This document shows, piece by piece, positions 8,342-16,022 of a stretch of DNA of 27,760 nt. Source of the stretch: an uncultured Campylobacterales bacterium (GTDB lineage Bacteria; Campylobacterota; Campylobacteria; Campylobacterales; CAZAFM01); contig CAZAFM010000022.1 of the NCBI GenBank assembly GCA_964484395.1, positions 1 through 27,760 of the forward strand, in the 5' to 3' direction. A program made the position numbers and the translations under genes. Below the pieces are notes generated by a model, which made no database searches, was not told where the DNA came from, and saw only the letters and a program-made list of their open reading frames with translations. Within the stretch, counting starts at the first letter, position 1. Every line of letters begins with the position of its first letter.

Positions 8342-8350
8342 TGGTATAAT
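8342..8350 (+). promoter_or_regulatory. Extended -10 promoter element (TGgTATAAT) for the Uma2-family gene
   Basis: TGGTATAAT lies 28 nt upstream of the ATG at 8378, with an AAGGAG RBS at 8367-8372. Confidence 0.35.
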
Positions 8351-8377
8351 AATACAAATGTACATTAAGGAGTATAC

Positions 8378-8911
8378 ATGGGCGCTCTTGCATATGATGA
8401 AAGGTACACCAGAGATGACTATAGACACTGGGAGGGTGATTGGGAGCTGATTGAGGGAAATGCCTATGCAATGGCACCTTCACCTATGTTTTCACATCAA
8501 AATCTTGTTGTAAAAATATCTAGAGTCATGGATGAGGCACTTGATGGATGTGAGAGATGCATGGTGGCTATAGAGATGGACTGGGATGTGAGTGAAGACA
8601 CTGTGTTGAAGCCTGATGTGATGGTGGTTTGTGATCAAGTGGGTGAGAGGGTTGTAAAAGCTCCACTCATAGTCTTTGAAGTTATCTCAAAAAGTAGTGT
8701 CAAAAGAGATGAGATACTAAAGTTTGAGCTATATAAAGATGAGGGCGTAAAATACTACGCCTTAGTCTATCCAGATATGAAAAAAGCAAAACTCTATCTG
8801 CTAAAAGATGACTCATATCAAAAGGTTGGAGATTTTATAAACGAACAGTATGAGTTCAAGCTTGAAGCTTGCAATCTGGGATTTGACTTTAGCAGGATAT
8901 GGAGAAAGTAA
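8378..8911 (+). CDS. Uma2-family (DUF820) PD-(D/E)XK putative endonuclease
   Basis: LIEGNAYAMAPSPMFSHQNLV, then PDVMVV, then VFEVISKS, give the PD...E.K arrangement characteristic of Uma2/DUF820 proteins. Confidence 0.7.
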   Translation: MGALAYDERYTRDDYRHWEGDWELIEGNAYAMAPSPMFSHQNLVVKISRVMDEALDGCERCMVAIEMDWDVSEDTVLKPDVMVVCDQVGERVVKAPLIVFEVISKSSVKRDEILKFELYKDEGVKYYALVYPDMKKAKLYLLKDDSYQKVGDFINEQYEFKLEACNLGFDFSRIWRK

Positions 8912-8931
8912 ACCCCAAAAAGGGGTAGACT

Positions 8932-9735
8932 TTAGCTTATGTTTATTACTATAGAAGCCTCAGGAGATAGAACTCTAAAAGCAGCACTTTGAGTTAAGAA
9001 AAGAGATATTGAGTCTTTGTTCTCTTTTTCAAACCCCACACTTACATCAAATCCGCTATAAAACTTATAGTCTCCACCTCTTTGAGATATGACAAGGGCT
9101 TTGTCGTTTCCTACTGCATTTGATACAATTATACTGTTTTGTCCTAGAAGTTGCTCTATTTTGTGTTTGACACTCATAGCACCTACTGTCTCAACTACTA
9201 GCTTGGAGAAGGTTTGATTTGAAACTACAATCTTGAAGCCCCCTTCTACAAAGCTATCATCAAAAATTTCAAGAGCTTTAGCAGTAGCTGCAAGCATCTC
9301 TTTTGAGCTTGATGCTGCAATTGGTTTATGTTCCATACTTTCAAGCAATCCTGTTATATTGGCTTTTTTAATTCCATCTAGTATCATAGAGTTTTCAGCT
9401 ACTGCAAACTCATTAGCAGCTTTTTGAAGAACCTCATTATCAAAGTCCTCTAAGCCTCTTTTTATCTCATCTATAACCGTCTTTGGTAGGTCAAAATCAT
9501 ACCTCATCTCTACCATACTTATTGGCTCTCTTGCACATATTGTAGTGCCGTTTTTGCTACTTATCTTAGCTAGCTTGCCAGTTGGTATAGCATCTGTTTC
9601 AAAGCTAAAGCTCTCATCAAAGTCCACTACACTTCTAAGTTTAAGTCTTTTAGCTAGCAGTTCTTCAAGTTCACCATCAATTACACTCCATACCTCCGTT
9701 GATATAGGAGCTTTTTCTCTGTTCAAAAATTCCAT
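8932..9735 (-). CDS. Family 1 encapsulin nanocompartment shell protein (linocin M18-like)
   Basis: Near-colinear similarity to the Thermotoga maritima encapsulin: MEFLNREKAP.S.EVW.ID at the N-terminus and ISQRGGDYKFYSGFDVSVGFEKENKDSISLFLTQSAAFRVLSPEASIVI at the C-terminus (versus [49 protein letters not shown]). 267 aa. Confidence 0.9.
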   Translation of the reverse strand: MEFLNREKAPISTEVWSVIDGELEELLAKRLKLRSVVDFDESFSFETDAIPTGKLAKISSKNGTTICAREPISMVEMRYDFDLPKTVIDEIKRGLEDFDNEVLQKAANEFAVAENSMILDGIKKANITGLLESMEHKPIAASSSKEMLAATAKALEIFDDSFVEGGFKIVVSNQTFSKLVVETVGAMSVKHKIEQLLGQNSIIVSNAVGNDKALVISQRGGDYKFYSGFDVSVGFEKENKDSISLFLTQSAAFRVLSPEASIVINIS

Positions 9736-9745
9736 CTACTCTCCT

Positions 9746-10105
9746 TTATGAGTTTTTTCCTATTTTTAGTGATCCAGTTTTTTTAGTAGGTGCGCTCTCT
9801 TGCTCTGAGTCATCTTCTCCATGAGATGTAAGCGCCCCCTCTCTAAACAAAAACTCTCTAAGCATAGCATCCCAAGTAGGTGAGTTGCGTCTAAGCCACT
9901 CTAGTCCCATGCATGCGTGCTCAATCTCCTCATCTCTATTATGCTCCATAAGAGCCTTTGCTTCAGCATTGTTTGTCGCAGCTGCTCTTTGGTTGTACCA
10001 ATCAACTGCTTCAAGCTCCTCTATAGTACTCTGTATAACCCTATGGTAGTCTATGACATCTTCACCCAAGAGGCTGATATCTTCATGTAAGCCTTCATGC
10101 GCCAT
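9746..10105 (-). CDS. Encapsulated ferritin-like cargo protein (EncFtn) with a C-terminal targeting peptide
   Basis: Ferritin-like four-helix motifs (EELEAVDWYNQR .. EHNRDEEIEHACMGLEWL). The C-terminus KKTGSLKIGKNS fits the GSLxIG encapsulin cargo-loading peptide. The gene lies 10 nt upstream of the shell gene on the same strand. Confidence 0.8.
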   Translation of the reverse strand: MAHEGLHEDISLLGEDVIDYHRVIQSTIEELEAVDWYNQRAAATNNAEAKALMEHNRDEEIEHACMGLEWLRRNSPTWDAMLREFLFREGALTSHGEDDSEQESAPTKKTGSLKIGKNS

Positions 10106-10184
10106 ACATATCTCCTTTTAATGTTTTAGTGCACTATAATATCATCTTTATTTAAAATAGAGATAAATAATAAAAAATATTTCT

Positions 10185-10213
10185 TGACAATTAGATATGA
10201 TTTTAGTAGTATG
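10185..10213 (+). promoter_or_regulatory. Sigma-70-type promoter of the Fur-family gene (TTGACA-17-TAGTAT)
   Basis: TTGACA at 10185-10190 and TAGTAT at 10208-10213, about 35 nt upstream of the ATG at 10248. Confidence 0.35.
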
Positions 10214-10247
10214 TGTACTTCACTATAAAATATACAAAAGAGCTGAT

Positions 10248-10661
10248 ATGAATGATTTTAACCTGTCTTTAAAGAAAAGCGGACTGAAAGTTACTCCTCA
10301 AAGAGTTATGATACTTGATGAACTACAAAAAGGTGGACACCTAAATGTAGATGAGATATATGAGAAGATAAAACCACTCTACTCATCTATGTCACTAGCA
10401 ACGGTGTATAAAAACATATCCTCACTACTAGAAGCTAAGATAATAAAAGAGGTCTATATGCCAGCATCAAAACAAAAGTATGAGTTAAGACAAAAAGCTC
10501 ATGCTCACTTTTTCTGCTCAGAGTGTGGAAATATAAGAGATGTGGATGTAGATGAAACTAGCTTAAAAGAAGCATTTAAAGGAAGTGAAGATATAGAGGA
10601 CTTCTCTATGTTATATAGTGGTGTGTGTTTGGAGTGCAAAAGCACCCCAAAAGAAGCGTAG
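10248..10661 (+). CDS. Fur-family metalloregulator, PerR-like
   Basis: LKVTPQRVMILDEL..SLATVYKNISSL forms the winged helix. Two CxxC pairs (CSECG, CLECKS) are present. The protein resembles Campylobacter PerR (ATPQRLCVL..SISLATVYKNL). The ATG at 10248 is preferred over the track start 10197, which would fall inside the promoter. Confidence 0.85.
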   Translation: MNDFNLSLKKSGLKVTPQRVMILDELQKGGHLNVDEIYEKIKPLYSSMSLATVYKNISSLLEAKIIKEVYMPASKQKYELRQKAHAHFFCSECGNIRDVDVDETSLKEAFKGSEDIEDFSMLYSGVCLECKSTPKEA

Positions 10662-10663
10662 GC

Positions 10664-10939
10664 TTAGAAGCCGTCGTTTCTTGGAGCTCTTGGCTCTCTT
10701 GGTTTAGCTGGGTTAACCTTTAGGTTTCTACCCATAAACTCTTTACCAGATATTGCATCTATAGCTTTATCTGCTTCTGTGTCATCAATCATCTCTACAA
10801 AGCCAAAACCTCTAAATTTTCCGCTTTCTCTATCATTTATGAACTTAACTGAATCAACTTCACCATATTGAGCAAAAAGATCACTCAACTCTTCTTCTGT
10901 GGCCTTAAACGGTATGTTACCGACATAGATACTCTTCAA
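10664..10939 (-). CDS. RRM-domain RNA-binding protein
   Basis: RNP1/RNP2 motifs are present: IYVGNIPF and KFRGFGFVEM. The likely start is TTG at 10939 (giving MKSIYVGN), with GGAG 11 nt upstream. The track extends the ORF to 10984. Confidence 0.8.
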   Translation of the reverse strand: MKSIYVGNIPFKATEEELSDLFAQYGEVDSVKFINDRESGKFRGFGFVEMIDDTEADKAIDAISGKEFMGRNLKVNPAKPREPRAPRNDGF

Positions 10940-11021
10940 AACAAATCTCCGAAAAAATAAAATCCAAGCTTTTTGGGCTTGCAAGAGTATTGTATCATAA
11001 AAAAAGAAAATTTAAACAAAT

Positions 11022-11468
11022 TTATCTTTTTTCTTTAAGAGATTTGCTTATATGCTTAGATATCTCCTCTTTAAAGTCTGGATTTTTCTTAACAAGTGTC
11101 TTTTGAAGCTCTATTAGAGTGTTTTCATCTGTGTCATGTCTTTTAGAAAAACTCTCTAAAAAATTAAATATTTTTTTGACCTTCTCTTGAACCTCTTTTG
11201 ATTTAAAGTCTTTATCTTTTTTGTTTGGGAAGTCTGAGAAAAATTTTAAAAAAGATTCTGCTGCTATGTTGTATTCATGTTTGGTTATATTATCATTGTT
11301 GACATAAGCTATTAGTTCATCTATATCTTTTATCTCTGTGACTTTTGGCTTAGCTTTTGGTGTTAAAATGTAGTTTAGCAAAAAAGAGAACCCAGTTATA
11401 ACAAAAACAAGAAAAGCCAAGATGCCAAGTAGCATCCAGCTATTTATGTAGTACGAAAATGTGTTCAA
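11022..11468 (-). CDS. Hypothetical N-terminally membrane-anchored protein
   Basis: A single N-terminal TM helix (WMLLGILAFLVFVITGFSFLL) precedes a Lys/Glu-rich soluble region. Its start abuts the stop of the upstream FTR-rhodanese gene, suggesting an operon. Confidence 0.45.
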   Translation of the reverse strand: MNTFSYYINSWMLLGILAFLVFVITGFSFLLNYILTPKAKPKVTEIKDIDELIAYVNNDNITKHEYNIAAESFLKFFSDFPNKKDKDFKSKEVQEKVKKIFNFLESFSKRHDTDENTLIELQKTLVKKNPDFKEEISKHISKSLKEKR

Positions 11469-12185
11469 CTACTCTCCTCTTGTTATTTCACCATCATAAC
11501 TTATGATACCATAGGTTAGGTTTCCAACACTATATCCCATATCTTTTAGAACTCTTTGGCAGTAGCTACTTCTACTTCCTACATGACAGTATAGTATGAT
11601 TTTTTTATCTTTATGCTTTTCTAGTTTTTCCATTGATGTATAAAAAGATGTAGTTGGAATAAGCTCATCAGTACCTTCTATCCTAGAAGCTATATACTCC
11701 ATCCACTCTCTGACATCTACTAGGATAAAATCTATCAAGTTTTTCTTTCTTGCTTCTAGTAGAGCTCCTAGCTCTTCACCACTTAACTGGTCTTTGTGAA
11801 GTATGGCCTCCATCTCCTCTTGTGTAGGCTCTCTTGTGTGTGAGTGGATGACCGCATCAGCACTCTCTATTAAGCCTTCTTCTTTTGCATAAGCAGGCGT
11901 GCAAAAAATCCCACAGTGACATGAACCACTATTTGGTATCTCATCATTTATTGCTGGTTTGCAAGGACATATTCTATCTTCATCTGTATTTGTTACAAAA
12001 AAACATGGACAGTAGAACTTATTGTAGATTACCTTGTTTCTAGCAAGTCCTTGCTTGACGGACTCGACTATCTCTTTATCAGGGTTAAAAGCAAACCCAA
12101 AGTTTTCTATTACCTTTTCTACAAAAACCTCTGTTTTTTTAAAAGCCTCTTTGAACTCTTGTGAGTTAGGGTCAACCTTTTGCAT
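11469..12185 (-). CDS. Ferredoxin-thioredoxin reductase catalytic-subunit-like domain fused to a rhodanese domain
   Basis: The N-terminal half has the CPC..CPC..CHC cysteine arrangement (FYCPCFFVTNTDEDRICPCKPAINDEIPNSGSCHCGIF) characteristic of FTR catalytic chains. The C-terminal half is rhodanese-like, with the active-site loop ILYCHVGSRSSYC. Confidence 0.7.
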   Translation of the reverse strand: MQKVDPNSQEFKEAFKKTEVFVEKVIENFGFAFNPDKEIVESVKQGLARNKVIYNKFYCPCFFVTNTDEDRICPCKPAINDEIPNSGSCHCGIFCTPAYAKEEGLIESADAVIHSHTREPTQEEMEAILHKDQLSGEELGALLEARKKNLIDFILVDVREWMEYIASRIEGTDELIPTTSFYTSMEKLEKHKDKKIILYCHVGSRSSYCQRVLKDMGYSVGNLTYGIISYDGEITRGE

Positions 12186-12281
12186 ATAACTAGACCTTTT
12201 TAAGATATAAATTAATTTTATAGTTGTTATTTTACTTAATTAAGTTTAATCAAATCTTAGAATTTTATGGCAAAAGAGAGA

Positions 12282-13154
12282 CTATGCTTTAGCCTCTCTG
12301 ATTCTCTCTAGTATGTCTATATGATGTAGTTCTTGTTCTTCTACAAATCTCAGTAGGTTTTTGAAGTCGTCATATTTAACTCTTAGAGCTATCTCTTTCA
12401 TCTCCTCTACCTCTTTTTTCTCATCTTCGATATTGTTGTCTATAAACTCTTTTAAGCTCTTTACCATATACTCCTCTTTTGGAGGGTTTTTAGGCATTCT
12501 TAGCACTCCTAGGGAGCTCATCATAGAAGCATAATATTTCATATGAGAGAGTGACTCATGCATAAGGTCTTTTAGCATCTCAGCTGACCATCTATCTTCA
12601 AGATGTGTAATAAGGAAGAAAAAAGAGATGACACTTGAGTACTCTTTGTCAAGTAGGTTTTCGAGTGAGTTTATAATGAACTCTGCATCATAGGGTGTCA
12701 TTTCAAGATTTTTTGCTACTTTATCTGAGCTACCACCGTATGAGTTGTACATGTGAAGCTCATTTTTGTTTTGAGTCTTTTCTACTTTGTGCAAGAAGTA
12801 TGACTCATCACTTTTAAACCTGTTTGCAAGTACACAACTCTCTCCATAGGTTCCTATTATTACTTTTAGCTCATCTTGTAACTCCTCTAGCATTGTATGT
12901 GCATCACTACTCAAAGGCTCTATTTGCATATCAAAATCATATATTTTAGGAGCAGGGGTGTCACTATCTTTGTTTTCATAGTCAAACTCTCTGTACTCTT
13001 TAACTATCTCATTAGCAAGCCACATCATATGCCTAAACTCTATATCAGAAAAACTCTCCAAGCTTTTTGAGATATCCGCATCCTTTGTAGTAATACTTCC
13101 TATAAGTAGTCTCATCCACAAAGAGTGTTTTTTTCTAAATAGTTCTACTTTCAT
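12282..13154 (-). CDS. Hypothetical ferritin-like (di-iron four-helix) protein with two lobes
   Basis: Two halves each carry E...H-type motifs (EFRHMMWLANEI, LEDRWSAEMLKDLMHE, EEQELHHIDILERI). No signal peptide or targeting peptide was seen. Confidence 0.35.
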   Translation of the reverse strand: MKVELFRKKHSLWMRLLIGSITTKDADISKSLESFSDIEFRHMMWLANEIVKEYREFDYENKDSDTPAPKIYDFDMQIEPLSSDAHTMLEELQDELKVIIGTYGESCVLANRFKSDESYFLHKVEKTQNKNELHMYNSYGGSSDKVAKNLEMTPYDAEFIINSLENLLDKEYSSVISFFFLITHLEDRWSAEMLKDLMHESLSHMKYYASMMSSLGVLRMPKNPPKEEYMVKSLKEFIDNNIEDEKKEVEEMKEIALRVKYDDFKNLLRFVEEQELHHIDILERIREAKA

Positions 13155-13189
13155 ACTCTACCTCCTTAATGGGCGTTAGGATTAGCTTT

Positions 13190-14377
13190 TTAGCTTATCT
13201 GTTTTGATTGTATCATAAAACCTTCATTTTTGAGTATCTCCATATTTAAATTCTTAAAATCTTCATAAGTTATCTCAAAAGATTTTCCCTGCATAGAGTT
13301 AAACCCCTCTTTTCCCATAGAGACTCTTTTTTGTTCATCATCTACTAGCTCTGCTATTTTTTGAAGCCATATATTTTTTTCTACTTCTATACAGTAGCCA
13401 CTCTCTCCATCTCTTACTATTGTTTTAGGACCACCTATGTTACTAACTATGGCAGGCTTTCCGCTTGCTTGAGCCTCCATAACAACCTGTCCTAGAGTAT
13501 CTGTAACTGAAGGAAAGAGAAATATATCTGAGTTTGCGTAGATTTTAGATAGCTCTTCTCCGCCTTTATAGCCTAGTAGATGTATGCCTCTGCTTTTTAG
13601 CTCCTCTTTTTTTTCAAGTATTTTTCCCTCACCACAGCAGATTAGCTCTATTTTTTTGCTACTTTTTTCTCTGAGTTCATCCCATATTTCTAGTAAAAAT
13701 GGAAAGTTCTTCTCTTTTGTTAGTCTGCCTACATATAGAAGCTTTATAGATTCAACATCTATTTCGTAGTTTTGCCAAAATGCCTCCTCTTTATACTTCA
13801 TATGAAAAGACTTTGTATCTATACCAGCTTTTAGTACAAAAAGTCTATCTTCTGGCACTTTTATATCATTAAGTAGGGTTGAATAGTACTCATTTGACCT
13901 AGAGTAAACTCTCTCAAACTGCTTATAGAAGTATCTCATAAACTTAGTTGTTCCTTTTTCAATAAAGCGACTTTTGGTATTATCATACATATATGAAGGA
14001 AAGTCAGTGTGGTATATGGCTACTTTTTTAGCTTTTAGTCTATTTGCTATCCTAAGCCCCATCATACCTATAGGACCTGGTGTTGAGATAACGACTATAT
14101 CTGGATTTATAATGGTTGCTCTTTTTTTTAGTTCAAAGTAGTTTGGTATTGCTATATCTAGCTCTTTGTAGTAGGGCATCCCTGTTTTGAAGATGGGTTT
14201 TATATTTATGATGTTGTCTAGCTTTTTGCAGTAGGACTTGTTTGTTGAGGTTATTACATATAGACTTCCTTCTTCGCTACTACTAGCTAGGTCTTGGATA
14301 AATCTTGATACTCCATTTGCATCACAGACTGTATCTGAGAAGAGACATATTGTTGGATTTTTAACTGGATTTTGCAC
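13190..14377 (-). CDS. GT4 (GT-B fold, group 1) glycosyltransferase
   Basis: The C-terminal domain has GRLTKEKN..EAQASGKPAIVSNIGG (the E-x7-E-like donor-binding region). GTG start with a strong AGGGGG RBS 5 nt upstream (plus strand CCCCCT at 14384-14389). Confidence 0.8.
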   Translation of the reverse strand: MQNPVKNPTICLFSDTVCDANGVSRFIQDLASSSEEGSLYVITSTNKSYCKKLDNIINIKPIFKTGMPYYKELDIAIPNYFELKKRATIINPDIVVISTPGPIGMMGLRIANRLKAKKVAIYHTDFPSYMYDNTKSRFIEKGTTKFMRYFYKQFERVYSRSNEYYSTLLNDIKVPEDRLFVLKAGIDTKSFHMKYKEEAFWQNYEIDVESIKLLYVGRLTKEKNFPFLLEIWDELREKSSKKIELICCGEGKILEKKEELKSRGIHLLGYKGGEELSKIYANSDIFLFPSVTDTLGQVVMEAQASGKPAIVSNIGGPKTIVRDGESGYCIEVEKNIWLQKIAELVDDEQKRVSMGKEGFNSMQGKSFEITYEDFKNLNMEILKNEGFMIQSKQIS

Positions 14378-14602
14378 CTTTTCCCCCTATAAAATAAATT
14401 TTGTTTACTAATTGTCATTATTCTATACTATCCTTACAATACAGTTACGCTTTATGAGTAAAGCCCATAAAGCTACACTAACGCTAAGTTCACCATTTTG
14501 CACTTCGTTTGAAGTTCCACTTTGTTACACTAGCAGTGGACTCTCGCATCTTTGGTGCTCTGCGGGGTTGTAGTAGTTAGTAATTCATTTTAAAGAGTTT
14601 TC

Positions 14603-15337
14603 ATGAAGTATAAGTCAGTATTTGTTTCAGATATCCACTTAGGAACAAGAGATTCTCAAGCGGGTATGTTTTTGGATTTTATTAGGGATAATGAGTTTGA
14701 GGAGTTGTATTTGATTGGAGATATAATTGATGGATGGGCACTAAAAAGAAGATGGACTTGGCCCCAAGAGCACTCAGATGTAATACAAAAAATCCTAAGA
14801 GCTGCTAGAAAGGGCTCAAAAGTTGTATATGTACTTGGTAATCATGATGAGTTTATAAGACCTTTTTTGCCTATCTATCTAGGTGATAATATAGATGTAG
14901 TTAATAGCTATGACTACTACTCACTGGATGGCAAAAAATACTGGATTGTTCATGGTGACTTTTTTGATAGTATTACTATGACAAAAAAGTGGTTGGCACT
15001 ATTAGGAGACAGGGGTTATCAGTTTTTGCTTAGAATAAATCGCCCATTGAATTACATAAGAAAGAGACTAGGAAAAAAATACTGGTCACTTTCAGCCTAT
15101 ATAAAGGATCATGTCAAAAAATCAGTAATGTATATAAATGACTATGAAAACATAGTAAGCTCAAAAGCAAAAAGCGGTAACTATGATGGTGTAATATGTG
15201 GACATATCCACAAGGCTGAGAGTAGATATATAGATGGGATTAGATATCTAAACTGCGGAGATTGGGTTGAGAGTTGCACTGCTGTTGTAGAAAACTATGA
15301 AGGGGAGTTTGAAGTGATAAGGTTTGAAGTTGCATAG
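14603..15337 (+). CDS. LpxH-like calcineurin-type metallophosphoesterase (putative UDP-2,3-diacylglucosamine diphosphatase)
   Basis: Metallophosphoesterase motifs occur in the LpxH order: SDIHLG, LIGDIIDGW, LGNHDEF, VHGDFFD, GHIHKAE. Confidence 0.6.
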   Translation: MKYKSVFVSDIHLGTRDSQAGMFLDFIRDNEFEELYLIGDIIDGWALKRRWTWPQEHSDVIQKILRAARKGSKVVYVLGNHDEFIRPFLPIYLGDNIDVVNSYDYYSLDGKKYWIVHGDFFDSITMTKKWLALLGDRGYQFLLRINRPLNYIRKRLGKKYWSLSAYIKDHVKKSVMYINDYENIVSSKAKSGNYDGVICGHIHKAESRYIDGIRYLNCGDWVESCTAVVENYEGEFEVIRFEVA

Positions 15338-15347
15338 GATATTGTGT

Positions 15348-16019
15348 GTGAATAAGGTGTTTGAGAAAGAGGGTTTAGATATAGTATCTATTGAAGAGGG
15401 TGAGCTTTCATGTGTAGATATAGAGAGTTTTGAGTATATCTTAGTAAGTGGCGGAGATGGGGCTATAAGAAGAGTGGTAGAGTATATGGCAAAAAACAAC
15501 ATAAAAATGCCCAAACTTATAGTTGATCCAGAAGGGACTTTTAATATGATATATAAACTATATCGTATAAAAACCCCTGAAGATATTTTGGAAAAAATAG
15601 CTCAAGAAAGTGCTCTAAAGGAGGTTGATAGAAACTACTTTAGTGTAAATAGTGACCACTACTTTATATTTAGTGCCGGAAATAGTCTGGATATGATATA
15701 CATCATACTATCAGACCTCTTTAGGGTCGGTTTTTTGGTCAAAAGTAAGCTAAGATATCTTATTTCTATAATATTTTTGCTTCCTTTAATAGTTATAATG
15801 ATACCATTCTTCTTAGTTGTAAAAAAGTATTTTTTAGTGTTTAACGGATATGATTTTAGGCTAAAGAGTATTTTGAACATACATTTAAATCCTAGTGAGG
15901 TTAGGATAGAGCTAGACTCTGATTACAACATTTGGCAGATGGATGGTGATATAGTTGTGGTTAGGTCAAAGTCAAACCACATAAAAAAGGCAGGAAGATT
16001 AAAACTAATTATTGGATAG
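15348..16019 (+). CDS. DAGK-catalytic-domain-like (YegS/BmrU-type lipid kinase-like) protein with a C-terminal TM segment
   Basis: LVSGGDGAIRRVVEYM (a GGDG nucleotide-binding motif) and PEGTFNMIY (the GT.N motif) are present, followed by a hydrophobic stretch ISIIFLLPLIVIMIPFFLVV. A GTG start at 15348 with AGGA 8 nt upstream is preferred over the track TTG at 15324. Confidence 0.4.
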   Translation: MNKVFEKEGLDIVSIEEGELSCVDIESFEYILVSGGDGAIRRVVEYMAKNNIKMPKLIVDPEGTFNMIYKLYRIKTPEDILEKIAQESALKEVDRNYFSVNSDHYFIFSAGNSLDMIYIILSDLFRVGFLVKSKLRYLISIIFLLPLIVIMIPFFLVVKKYFLVFNGYDFRLKSILNIHLNPSEVRIELDSDYNIWQMDGDIVVVRSKSNHIKKAGRLKLIIG

Positions 16020-16022
16020 AAA

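Noticed and set aside
7378-8483. ORFs 7378..7623(-), 7993..8217(-), 8250..8483(-)
   Set aside because: The first two are antisense to the WecA-family gene. The third spans the wecA 3' end and the Uma2 promoter and start. None has an RBS, and they have hydrophobic or odd compositions.
8912-8933. ACCCC-AAAAA-GGGGT hairpin between the convergent Uma2 and encapsulin genes as a bidirectional terminator
   Set aside because: The stem has only 5 bp and a poor U-tract on either strand. It is plausible but too weak to call as a feature.
9233-9751. ORFs 9233..9427(+) and 9545..9751(+) inside the encapsulin gene
   Set aside because: They are antisense to the strongly supported encapsulin. The Ser/Leu-rich translations are characteristic of the reverse strand of a coding region.
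10197-10247. Upstream ATG at 10197 as the start of the Fur-family gene
   Set aside because: It would place the TTGACA/TAGTAT promoter inside the coding region and add a hydrophobic MILVVCVLHYKIYKRAD extension not seen in Fur/PerR proteins. The ATG at 10248 (MNDFN...) is preferred.
13584-13769. ORF 13584..13769(+), 61 aa
   Set aside because: Antisense within the GT4 gene. Low-complexity Ser/Phe/Leu-rich.
14378-14602. tRNA, tmRNA, SRP RNA or RNase P RNA in the GC-richer intergenic block
   Set aside because: No GTTCGA T-loop or cloverleaf arms. No tmRNA termini (GGGG...CCACCA-like ends). No SRP domain IV (AGG..CCGGAAGGAAGCAGC) or RNase P P4 motifs. It is kept only as an unassigned structured region.
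15248-15880. ORFs 15248..15514(-) and 15659..15880(-)
   Set aside because: They are antisense to the LpxH-like and DAGK-like genes and have no translational signals.
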